This document shows, piece after piece, positions 30,812 through 39,374 of a stretch of DNA of 64,000 nt. The notes under the pieces were generated by a model. It did not search any database. It was not told the origin of the DNA and worked only from the letters and a program-made list of their open reading frames with translations. Made by a program: the position numbers and the translations under genes. Source of the stretch: Solirubrobacterales bacterium (GTDB taxonomy: Bacteria > Actinomycetota > Thermoleophilia > Solirubrobacterales > 70-9); assembly GCA_020438295.1 (NCBI GenBank), contig JAGQUV010000006.1, positions 1,535-65,534 on the forward strand, written 5' to 3'. Every line of letters starts with the position of its first letter. Within the stretch, counting starts at the first letter, position 1.

Positions 30812-32095
30812 TCAGTGCGGCGCGAACACCCTGCGGAACGTGTTCAGCGCCCGCGGTGACCCGTTCGGCCGGAGCCTCCGACCGGCCAGCGACCTCAGCG
30901 GGTTACCCTGCTTCATCGCGATGCCGACCCACTCGGACCAGTCGGTCCCGAGGGTCAGGTCCGGGTCGCCGGCAAGGCCGGGAACCGCCCTGGTCGAGCC
31001 GTTCTCGACCACGATGTGCCACGGGTCGGCGTCGGTGAACCGCCACTGCGTCGTGAACCGGCCCGAACCGGTGACCGAACTGTCGGCGGTCCGGGCGATC
31101 AGGTCGAACAGGATCCCCTGAACCTCGGGCGAGCTGTCGGGCCGTTCGCACGGTTCGCCGGTCACGCCGGCCAGAAGCAGCCTGGTCTGGCGGGCGGCGA
31201 TCTCCTCGACCGGCTTCGAGTGGTCGAAAGGCCAGACGTCGTCGGGCCACTCCTCCAGCGGGAAACCGATCGTCTTCCAGCGCTGGCGTACCAGCCGCAG
31301 CCCGAACGAGAAGATCTCCTCCAGCGTGAAGCCCCAGCACTCGGTGTAGGCGCGGTCGTAGCCGGGCGGGCAGAACACGGCCAGCGAATACCGGTTGACG
31401 TCCCGGTACAGCTCAACCAGCGCGGCCTTGATCTCGTCCGACTCCCCGACCAGTTCCGAGAGCACCTTCACGCCGAAACCGATGTGGCGCTGCTCGTCAC
31501 GCGACACGTGCCGCATGCCTTCGGAGAAGCCGGGCATGCCGCCGTCCCTGGTGAAGTAGTCCTCGATGTAGTGCTGGCCGGGCTGGGCCAGGGTACCTTC
31601 GACGACCATGTGGTAGAGCGCGATCGCCTGGGCGAACCTGGGCAGCGACCGATCGGCCCGCAGCTCGTCGGCCATCCGGTCGAGCCGGTCGAAGACGTGC
31701 CGGTAACCCCAACCGAGTTGCGGCAGGGTCGCCTCGAGCGTGCTGGCGACGTCGTCGCCGGCGCCGATCACCTCTTTGAAGAAACGATGGAAATGGACCG
31801 CATGGCGGGCCTCGTCCACCTGCTGGGTGGTCAGGAAGTAGGTCATCTCCTCGGTCGGGGCGGCATCGATGTAGGGGGAGAGGTTGTCGGCGACCGAGTC
31901 CTCGCCGAAGAAGAACATCGAGTACATCCAGAGCGCCGACTTGCGCTGGATCGCTGACAGCGCTTCCCAGCCGGCCCGGTCTCGGGAGAAGTCCAGGTCC
32001 ATGGCGCTCCAGTTGTTCTCCTCCCACCGCCGGTAGAGGTCCTGGTAGGAGACTGCTTCGGCGGTGCTGCCCTGAGGCTCGGCGGCGACTGACAT
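30812..32095 (-). CDS. R2-like (ribonucleotide reductase small subunit-like) di-iron/ferritin-like protein fused to a C-terminal SCP2-like domain
   Basis: The di-metal carboxylate ligands occur in order: FFFGEDS, VDEARHAVHF (ExxH), MVVEGTL and SRDEQRHIGF (ExxH). The last ~100 aa (TTQWRFTDADPWHIVVENG...GNPLRSLAGRRLRPNG) look like an SCP2 sterol-carrier domain. Confidence 0.7.
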   Translation of the reverse strand: MSVAAEPQGSTAEAVSYQDLYRRWEENNWSAMDLDFSRDRAGWEALSAIQRKSALWMYSMFFFGEDSVADNLSPYIDAAPTEEMTYFLTTQQVDEARHAVHFHRFFKEVIGAGDDVASTLEATLPQLGWGYRHVFDRLDRMADELRADRSLPRFAQAIALYHMVVEGTLAQPGQHYIEDYFTRDGGMPGFSEGMRHVSRDEQRHIGFGVKVLSELVGESDEIKAALVELYRDVNRYSLAVFCPPGYDRAYTECWGFTLEEIFSFGLRLVRQRWKTIGFPLEEWPDDVWPFDHSKPVEEIAARQTRLLLAGVTGEPCERPDSSPEVQGILFDLIARTADSSVTGSGRFTTQWRFTDADPWHIVVENGSTRAVPGLAGDPDLTLGTDWSEWVGIAMKQGNPLRSLAGRRLRPNGSPRALNTFRRVFAPH

Positions 32096-32158
32096 CGTTC
32101 GGGACTCCTTTGCGGGTCGGCGGGCGTGAGTCCGCCGGGCTGGATGATCGGGTGAGTA

Positions 32159-32180
32159 TAACTGACTCGTCGGTCAGTTA
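32159..32180. promoter_or_regulatory. palindrome TAACTGAC-N6-GTCAGTTA (candidate TetR operator)
   Basis: This is a perfect 8-bp inverted repeat in the 150-nt divergent region between the TetR gene and the R2-like/SCP2 gene. Confidence 0.5.
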
Positions 32181-32245
32181 GTAGACTCCGGCTACGTGGA
32201 GCGACCAGACGACGGCATTGAGCCGCAATTGACCGGGGCCGGCCG

Positions 32246-32905
32246 GTGAGTCCCGCGGCAGAGAGAGACGCACTGCCGCGTCGCCGGCTGACCGCCGCCG
32301 CACGGCGTGAGGTGATCCTCGAGGCGGCGCTCGATGCGTTCGCCGACTCCGGCTACCATGAGACTTCGCTCGAGCAGGTGGCCGGCCGGGCCGGTGTCTC
32401 CAAGGCCCTGATCTATGAGCACTTCTCGTCCAAGCGCGAGCTGTACACCGCCCTGCTGGAGACTTACGTGCACGAGATGCTGGACACGGTCTCGACCGCG
32501 GCGACCGCGGCCGAGCCGGGGGAGGCCCGTCTCCTGGCCGGGCTCAACGGGTTCTTCGATTTCGTCGAGGAGCGCCGGGATGCCTGGCGGTTGCTGATCC
32601 GCCACCGGGCCAGCGACGACGTCGCCGACTCGTTCGAGCGCCTGTTCGACGAGGTGGCGGAGATGATCGTTTCGCTGATGGCCGGCGAGATGCCGGCATC
32701 GGTCCTTCCGGAGGGGGCGGCTTTCGATGCGATGGTCGAGGCGACCGCACGGCAGCTGCTCGGCGCGATCACCTCGATGGCGAACTGGTGGGACGAGCAT
32801 CGCGAGATCCCGCGTGACCAGGTGATGGCGATGGTCATGGAGTTCGCCTGGGTCGGTCTGGAGCGGGCTTCGGCCGGCGAGCGCTGGAATCCGGGACCGG
32901 GCTGA
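32246..32905 (+). CDS. TetR/AcrR family transcriptional regulator
   Basis: The HTH is ILEAALDAFADSGYHETSLEQVAGRAGVSKALIYEHFSSKRELY. The start is GTG. Confidence 0.9.
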   Translation: MSPAAERDALPRRRLTAAARREVILEAALDAFADSGYHETSLEQVAGRAGVSKALIYEHFSSKRELYTALLETYVHEMLDTVSTAATAAEPGEARLLAGLNGFFDFVEERRDAWRLLIRHRASDDVADSFERLFDEVAEMIVSLMAGEMPASVLPEGAAFDAMVEATARQLLGAITSMANWWDEHREIPRDQVMAMVMEFAWVGLERASAGERWNPGPG

Positions 32906-32928
32906 GCGGTCGCTCGCCGGCCCCGGTG

Positions 32929-34056
32929 TCATGCCTTGAGCCGCTGCCGGGCCGAGCGCACTTCGTCGACCGCGTCGTCCCGGTCTACGCCGAGGCTGAG
33001 CAGCAGGTCGGTCGAGGTGGATCGCACCTGGCTGACGATCACGCTCACCGATAGGTTCGAGGTCTCCTCCAGCGCCGCGGTCGAGCGCGCCGCAGCCCTC
33101 AGCGTCGCCTCGACCGTGGCCGAATGCCGGGTCGAGCCGGCCAGGTACTGGTCGAGCGAGTGGACCGCGGTGGCCAGGTCCCGGATCGACTCGGTGACCA
33201 GTTCGGGCACGTTGTCTTCCAGGTCGACCGCCCTGATCGCGCTGCGGGCGAGCACCCTGGTGTTGCGGATCATCAGGTCGATCGGCTCGGCCGCGGTGGC
33301 GAACCGGTCCACCCGGCCCCTCGATCTTCGCCGCAGCGGGCTGAGTGAAATCGTCTCCTGACTGGCCTCGATCGCGATCTTCATCTCGCGTACCGCAGGG
33401 TCGAGTCCCCGGGCGCGCTCGAGCGCGGCCGCGGCCTCGTCGTGATTGCCCCTGTCCAGCGCGTCGGCGATGTCGATCAAGGTCCCGGAAAGCCTCATCA
33501 GGAGCGGCTGGAGGTGCCTTCTGACCAGGCGGACCGGCTCGATCGGGGTTATCGCGTTCGCGCCGAGTGCGATCGCACCGCCGGTAAGCGCGTCGACGAA
33601 GCGGTCCATCGAGGCGGCCGCGTCCGGCACCGGCAGGGTCGCGACCAGCACCGCCGAGACGGCGGCCTGGTTGACCAGCATCACCCCGCCCCCGGACAGC
33701 ACCGCGGCGGCCATGGCCAGGCCGATGACCAGGATCACCTGCCAGGTACCGGTTCCGGTCAGCAGCACGATCAGGTCGGCGACGCCGATCCCGATGGCCA
33801 CCCCGAGCGCCACTTCGTAGGCCCGCCTGCCGCGGCGTTCGATCGCCAGCCCGAGTACGAGCACGACCGCGATCGGGGCGAAGAACGGGGATTCGTGGCC
33901 CAGGACCCGGGTGGCGACCAGCCAGGCCAGCCCGGCCGCCAGCGAGACCTGGACGATCCTGAGCCATGTGAACCGGAGCGATGCGAGGCGGCTCGCCGCA
34001 AACGGCTTGAGTCGTTCCGCCTTCGCTCCGGGGGTGTCGGTGATCGCGTCGGGCAC
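32929..34056 (-). CDS. FUSC/ArAE (aromatic acid exporter)-family membrane protein
   Basis: The N-terminal membrane half (RIVQVSLAAGLAWLVA...SPFFAPIAVVLVL) is followed by a long helical cytoplasmic half, as is typical for FUSC-like proteins. Confidence 0.7.
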   Translation of the reverse strand: MPDAITDTPGAKAERLKPFAASRLASLRFTWLRIVQVSLAAGLAWLVATRVLGHESPFFAPIAVVLVLGLAIERRGRRAYEVALGVAIGIGVADLIVLLTGTGTWQVILVIGLAMAAAVLSGGGVMLVNQAAVSAVLVATLPVPDAAASMDRFVDALTGGAIALGANAITPIEPVRLVRRHLQPLLMRLSGTLIDIADALDRGNHDEAAAALERARGLDPAVREMKIAIEASQETISLSPLRRRSRGRVDRFATAAEPIDLMIRNTRVLARSAIRAVDLEDNVPELVTESIRDLATAVHSLDQYLAGSTRHSATVEATLRAAARSTAALEETSNLSVSVIVSQVRSTSTDLLLSLGVDRDDAVDEVRSARQRLKA

Positions 34057-34206
34057 GTCCGGCCCAACTATCGCACCGGCCGCGGCGAACCGCGCGCGAC
34101 CGCGACCTCGTTCACGCCGGGAGTCGTTCCCGGTCCGACGTCCATGCCGGAATCGCGGCGGTCCAGGTAAGGGGTCGGTCCGGGCCGGCCCGATCTGACG
34201 GCCGGG

Positions 34207-35607
34207 CTAGGCCCGGCTCAGCTTGGGGCTCTTCCAGGGGGAGGCCAGCCGCGAGGCGATCTCGGCCGGAACGTCGGCGACCGGAATGCGAACCTGTTCC
34301 AGCGAGTCGCGGTCGCGCAGGGTGACCGAATCGTCGTCCTTGGTGTCGAAGTCGACCGTGATCCCCCAAGGGGTCCCGATCTCGTCCTGGCGGCGATAGC
34401 GCTTGCCGATCGAGCCGCCGCTGTCGTATTCGGTCTGGATCCCGGCGGACCGGAGCGCCCGGTCGATCTCCTGCGCCTTCTCCGGCATGCCCTCCTTGTT
34501 GAACAGCGGCAGCACCGCTGCCTTGACCGGTGCCAGGCGGGGGTGGAGCCGCAGCACGGTGCGCTCGCGGCCTTCGACCTCTTCGACCTCGTAGGAGTCG
34601 ACCATGAAGGCGAGCGCGGCCCGGTCGGCGCCGGCCGCCGGCTCGATCACGTGCGGCAGGTAGCGCTCGCCGCTTTGTTGGTCGAAGAACTCGAGTGTTT
34701 CGCCGGAGTGCTCCTGGTGCTGGGTCAGGTCGAAGTTGCCACGGTTGGCAATCCCTTCCAGCTCGGACCAGCCGATCGGGAACAGGTACTCGATGTCGGA
34801 GGTCCCGGACGAGTAGTGGGAGAGCTCCTCGGCCCCGTGCGGGCGGACCGCCAGGAAATCCGGGCGGATTCCCAGGTTGAGATACCAGTCGCGGCGGATC
34901 TCGATCCATTCCTCGTACCACTTGGCGGCCTCGGCCGGAGGGACGAAGAATTCCATCTCCATCTGCTCGAATTCACGGGTCCTGAAGATGAAGTTGCCGG
35001 GGGTGATCTCGTTGCGGAACGACTTGCCGATCTGGGCGATTCCGAACGGTGGCGACTTACGGGCGAAGTTGAGCACGTTCTTGAAGTTGATGAAGATCCC
35101 CTGGGCGGTCTCGGGCCGGAGGTAGATCGCGCTGCCTTGCTCGGCGACCGGACCCATGTGGGTCTCGAACATCAGGTTGAAGTTGCGCGGCTCGGACAGC
35201 TCCCCGCCGCACTCGGGGCAGCGCAGCTCGGCTTCGGGGTCGCCGCCCCGGGCTTCGACCTGCTCGCGCAGGTGATCTTCGCGCCAGCGCTTCTTGCACT
35301 CGCCCAGGCACTGGACCAGCGGGTCCGTGAAACCGGCCAGGTGGCCCGACGCCTCCCAGACCCTCGGGTGCTGCATGATCGCCGAGTCGAGCGCCACGAT
35401 GTCGTCACGCTCGGTCAGCATCGAGCGCCACCACTCGTTCTTGACGTTGTTCTTGAGCAGCACCCCGTAGTGGCCGTAGTCGTAGGTCGAGCCGAGACCG
35501 CCGTAGATCTCCGACGAGGGAAAGACGAAGCCACGCCGCTTGGCGAGGGCGACGATCTCTTCCATCGTGACTTCGGTGTTTCTCTCGGTGGTCGGTTCGG
35601 TTGCCAT
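34207..35607 (-). CDS. glyQS: glycine--tRNA ligase (homodimeric class II)
   Basis: AKRRGFVFPSSEIYGG, CLGECKKRWREDHL and YLRPETAQG are present. The product is 466 aa, and the start could be the internal MEEIV. Confidence 0.95.
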   Translation of the reverse strand: MATEPTTERNTEVTMEEIVALAKRRGFVFPSSEIYGGLGSTYDYGHYGVLLKNNVKNEWWRSMLTERDDIVALDSAIMQHPRVWEASGHLAGFTDPLVQCLGECKKRWREDHLREQVEARGGDPEAELRCPECGGELSEPRNFNLMFETHMGPVAEQGSAIYLRPETAQGIFINFKNVLNFARKSPPFGIAQIGKSFRNEITPGNFIFRTREFEQMEMEFFVPPAEAAKWYEEWIEIRRDWYLNLGIRPDFLAVRPHGAEELSHYSSGTSDIEYLFPIGWSELEGIANRGNFDLTQHQEHSGETLEFFDQQSGERYLPHVIEPAAGADRAALAFMVDSYEVEEVEGRERTVLRLHPRLAPVKAAVLPLFNKEGMPEKAQEIDRALRSAGIQTEYDSGGSIGKRYRRQDEIGTPWGITVDFDTKDDDSVTLRDRDSLEQVRIPVADVPAEIASRLASPWKSPKLSRA

Positions 35608-35660
35608 GCGCGAACGGTATCGGGACGCATCCGGGGACGCGCTGCGATAATCAATGGCCG

Positions 35661-36041
35661 ATGCCGCTCTACGAATACCGCTGCGAAAGGGGCCACACGT
35701 TCGAGGTGATCCAGTCGATCACCGACGACGCCCTGACCGAGTGCCAGGAGTGCGGCGCACCGGCCCAGCGGGTACTGCACTCACCGGCGATCCACTTCAA
35801 GGGCTCGGGCTTCCACAACACCGATTACGGAACCCGATCGTCGAACAAGGCCAAGCTGGCGGCGGCCGCGGCCAAGAAGGAGGCCGGTGGCGATTCCGGC
35901 GACGGGTCCGCTTCGGGCTCGTCCGGCTCGTCGGGCTCCGGGGACTCGTCGGGGTCGACCGACTCGTCCGGGGGGAGTTCAGGCTCGGCTTCTTCGGGCA
36001 AATCCGGAAAGCCGGCCTCGGGTACCGGCTCGTCCGACTGA
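35661..36041 (+). CDS. FmdB-family zinc-ribbon protein with long Ser/Gly-rich tail
   Basis: MPLYEYRCERGHTFEV...CQECGAP is the CxxC_CxxC_SSSS signature. A ~70-aa S/G/D-rich low-complexity C-terminus follows. Confidence 0.8.
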   Translation: MPLYEYRCERGHTFEVIQSITDDALTECQECGAPAQRVLHSPAIHFKGSGFHNTDYGTRSSNKAKLAAAAAKKEAGGDSGDGSASGSSGSSGSGDSSGSTDSSGGSSGSASSGKSGKPASGTGSSD

Positions 36042-36153
36042 ACGCCGAACCGCAGACTTCCGGCCCGCCCATGGAGCTCCCGGGAGTGCCGACCCGCCTC
36101 ATCCCGGCGGGGAGTAGGCTGAACGCAACGTTTCGATTCGGAGGAGTCCCGAA

Positions 36154-37668
36154 ATGCCTGAATCATTCGCAAGCGCCCCCGGCCAGGTGGTTCGCCAGCT
36201 GACCAGCCTCGACGCGCAGTTCCTGGCGATCGAGGACGCGCGGAACTTCACCCATGTGGGAGGCGTGGCTGTGGTCGACCCGTCCACCGCACCGGGCGGA
36301 AAGCTCGACCTGGCCGACGTGCACGACCTGATCGAACAACGGTTGCACATGCTGCCTCCGTTTCGGTGGAAGCTCCAGGGTGTCCCGCTCGGATTGGACC
36401 ACCCCTATTGGATCAACGACCCGGACTTCGACATCGAGTTCCACGTCCGCGAACTGGCCCTGCCCGCCCCTGGCGATGACGCCCAGCTGGCGACCCAGGT
36501 GGAGCGTCTGTTCGCCCGGCCGCTCGACCGCTCGCGCCCGCTCTGGGAGGTGTACGTGATCCAGGGCCTCGAGGGAGGGCGAGTCGCATTGGTGAGCAAG
36601 ATCCATCACTCGGTGCTGGACGGGGTGTCGGGGGCCGAGATTCTGGGCAGCCTGTACGACCTGGAGCCGTCGGGGCGCGAGTTGCCCCCCAAGCCGGACC
36701 CGGACGAGAACGGGGGGCCACCGAGCCCGGCGGGGCTGGTCGCCCGCGGTGCGATCAGGACACCGGGCCGGGTCCTGGGCGCGATCCGGCATATCCCAAA
36801 AACCATTCCCAACCTCGATGAGGTAGCCGTGCTGCGGGCGGTACCGGGAGTTGCCACGATCGGGAGGATCTCCGACCGGACTCATCTGTCCGACCACCGG
36901 GACCCGGACGGTCACGTGCTCGAGCGACCGCACGGCCGGGCCCCGAGGACGTCGCTCAACGGCCCGGTCTCGGCCCAGCGCCGGTTCAGCTTCGGGTCGA
37001 TCTCGCTGGATGCGGTCAAGCGGGTGAAAGATGCGTACGGCGTGAAGGTGAACGACGTGGTCGTGTCGCTTTCGGCCGGAGCGCTGCGCGAGTTCCTGAT
37101 CTCCCACGACGACCTTCCGGACGAGCCGCTGGTCTCGATGATCCCGGTCTCGGTCAGGACCGAAGAGGAGATGGGGACCTACGGCAACAAGCTCTCGGCC
37201 ATGGTCGTCCAGATCCCCACTGACGAGCCCGATCCGGTCGAGCGACTGCGGCGTGCCAACGCCGAGTTGTCCCAAGCCAAGGACTATTTCGCCGGCCTGC
37301 CCAACGACCTGCTGGTCGAGGTCAACGACATGATCCCGCCGGTGCTGTATGCCCGCACCGCCAAGGTCACCACCACGCTCGGTGCTTCGTCCAGGTTCCA
37401 GCCCCACTTCAACGCCGTCATTTCCAACGTCCCCGGTCCGCCGGTACCGCTCTACATAGCCGGGGCCCGGCTCGAAAGCAACTACCCGCTGTCGGTGATC
37501 ATGGACGGAGTGGGCCTGAACATCACCGTGCTCAGCTATCGCCACAGCCTCGACTTCGGGATCATCGGTGACCGCGACCTGTCGCCCGCCGGATTCGACT
37601 CGCTGATGGACACGGTGCGGAGCGACCTGGCGGCACTGGAGCAACGGGCCGCGACGCAGACCGGTTAG
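36154..37668 (+). CDS. wax ester synthase/diacylglycerol acyltransferase (WS/DGAT) family
   Basis: The catalytic motif HHSVLDGVSG (HHxxxDG) and the conserved N-terminus LDAQFLAIED are present, along with NVPGP near the C-terminus. Confidence 0.9.
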   Translation: MPESFASAPGQVVRQLTSLDAQFLAIEDARNFTHVGGVAVVDPSTAPGGKLDLADVHDLIEQRLHMLPPFRWKLQGVPLGLDHPYWINDPDFDIEFHVRELALPAPGDDAQLATQVERLFARPLDRSRPLWEVYVIQGLEGGRVALVSKIHHSVLDGVSGAEILGSLYDLEPSGRELPPKPDPDENGGPPSPAGLVARGAIRTPGRVLGAIRHIPKTIPNLDEVAVLRAVPGVATIGRISDRTHLSDHRDPDGHVLERPHGRAPRTSLNGPVSAQRRFSFGSISLDAVKRVKDAYGVKVNDVVVSLSAGALREFLISHDDLPDEPLVSMIPVSVRTEEEMGTYGNKLSAMVVQIPTDEPDPVERLRRANAELSQAKDYFAGLPNDLLVEVNDMIPPVLYARTAKVTTTLGASSRFQPHFNAVISNVPGPPVPLYIAGARLESNYPLSVIMDGVGLNITVLSYRHSLDFGIIGDRDLSPAGFDSLMDTVRSDLAALEQRAATQTG

Positions 37669-37743
37669 TCGACCCAGAGTTGGCGGGTGCCCGGGCGTTC
37701 CGGCCCGATTGAATACGTTTCGTCACGTGGTTACACTCGCGTC

Positions 37744-39360
37744 ATGTCGGAGATCGAGGATCGGGAGCTGGGCCACGAACACGCGGTGCGGCAGAAGCCG
37801 CACCAGTTGAGCAGCGTCGACACGGTCTTCCTGGCAGCCGAGAACGCCCGCGTCTGCATGCACGTTTCGGGCCTGGTCATCCTCGACCCTTCCACGGCCC
37901 CCAACGGTGCGCTCACCCTTGCCGACGTACTGGAACTGGTCGAGAGCCGGTTGCATCTGCTGCCGCCGTTTCGCTGGAAGCTCAGGGAGGTCCCGCTCAA
38001 CATCGACCTGCCCTACTGGATCGAGGATCCCGACTTCGACCTCGAGTTCCACGTCCGCGAGCTCGCGCTGCCCGCCCCCGGCAGTGACGCCCAGCTCGCG
38101 GCGCAGGTCGAACGTCTGATCGCCCGGCCACTCGACCGCTCCCGGCCGCTCTGGGAGACGTACCTGATCCAGGGCCTGAGCGGAGGCCGGGTGGCCTACC
38201 TGACCAAGATCCACCATTCGCTGGTGGACGGGGTGTCGGGGGCCGAGATCCTCGCAACGCTGTTCGACATCGACCCGGAGGGCGGCGATCTTCCCCCGGT
38301 GCCGGACCCGGAGCCCCCGGAGCGGGTGAAGAGCGACCTCGAACTGGTCGCCAAAGGCGTGTTGAGCACTCCCGGACGGACCATCGAGGCGATCCGGAAC
38401 CTCCCGAAGCTCCTGCCCAAGTTGAACGACGTGCCCGAGCTCCGGGGCACGCCGGGCCTGGAGACGATCGCCCGGATCGCCGACAAGGCCCACATCGCCG
38501 AAACCCACGGCCGCGACGGGCACGTGCTCGAGCGACCCAGCGCCAAGGCTCCGCGGACGATCCTGAACCGGGCGGCGTCGGCCCAGAGGAGGTATTCGTT
38601 CGGGTCGCTCTCACTGAAGACGGTCAAGAAGATCAAGAACGTGTACGGGACCACGGTCAATGACGTGATCGTCGCGATATCGACCGCTGCCGTCCGCGAG
38701 TTCCTGCTGGAGCGTGACGAGCTTCCGGAAGAAGACCTGGTCGCGATGATCCCGCTCTCGATCAGGACCCAGGACGAGTCCGGGACTTTCGGCAACCGCG
38801 TATCGGCGATGATCGTCCCGATCCCGACTTCCGAGCCGGACCCGGTCGAGCGGTTGCGGATCGCCCACGGCGAGCTGTCGCGCGCCAAGGACTACTACGG
38901 GGCACTGCCGGCCGACATCCTGGTCGACGCGATGAACTTCATCCCGTCGACCCTGTACACGCGCACGGCCAGGGCGACCACGGCGTTGGCGGCGTCGCCG
39001 AACTTCCAGCCGCACTACAACCTGACGATCTCGAACATCCCGGGCCCTTCTGTGCCGCTCTATGTGGCCGGGGCCGAGGTCCTGTGCGACTATCCGGTTT
39101 CGATCGTCGGTGACGGGATGCTGCTCAACATCACGGTCATGAGCTACCGCGACCACATCGACTTCGGGATCGTCGGCGATCGCGACCTGGCCGACAGCTA
39201 CGACTCGATCATCGAAAGCCTGCAGGGTGACCTCGACGCGCTCGAGCGCTGGGCCGACGCCGAGCACGTCGCCCAGGAGGCCGAGAACTCGAACGGAAGC
39301 AAGCCCGGCGAAAACGGGTCGAAGCAGAAATCGGGCACCAGTAAGACCGCTTCCGCCTGA
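37744..39360 (+). CDS. wax ester synthase/diacylglycerol acyltransferase (WS/DGAT) family, tandem paralogue
   Basis: HHSLVDGVSG is present and the product is collinear with the upstream paralogue over its whole length. The start is MSEIEDR (ATG 37744). Confidence 0.9.
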   Translation: MSEIEDRELGHEHAVRQKPHQLSSVDTVFLAAENARVCMHVSGLVILDPSTAPNGALTLADVLELVESRLHLLPPFRWKLREVPLNIDLPYWIEDPDFDLEFHVRELALPAPGSDAQLAAQVERLIARPLDRSRPLWETYLIQGLSGGRVAYLTKIHHSLVDGVSGAEILATLFDIDPEGGDLPPVPDPEPPERVKSDLELVAKGVLSTPGRTIEAIRNLPKLLPKLNDVPELRGTPGLETIARIADKAHIAETHGRDGHVLERPSAKAPRTILNRAASAQRRYSFGSLSLKTVKKIKNVYGTTVNDVIVAISTAAVREFLLERDELPEEDLVAMIPLSIRTQDESGTFGNRVSAMIVPIPTSEPDPVERLRIAHGELSRAKDYYGALPADILVDAMNFIPSTLYTRTARATTALAASPNFQPHYNLTISNIPGPSVPLYVAGAEVLCDYPVSIVGDGMLLNITVMSYRDHIDFGIVGDRDLADSYDSIIESLQGDLDALERWADAEHVAQEAENSNGSKPGENGSKQKSGTSKTASA

Positions 39361-39374
39361 CCGGGCCCGGACGG

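Noticed and set aside
35887-36202. Alternative-frame ORFs across the 3' part of the zinc-ribbon gene (35654-36202, 35887-36117, and minus-strand 35797-36172)
   Set aside because: They arise from the repetitive GGC/TCG-rich DNA that encodes the Ser/Gly tail of the FmdB-like protein. There is no independent support for them.
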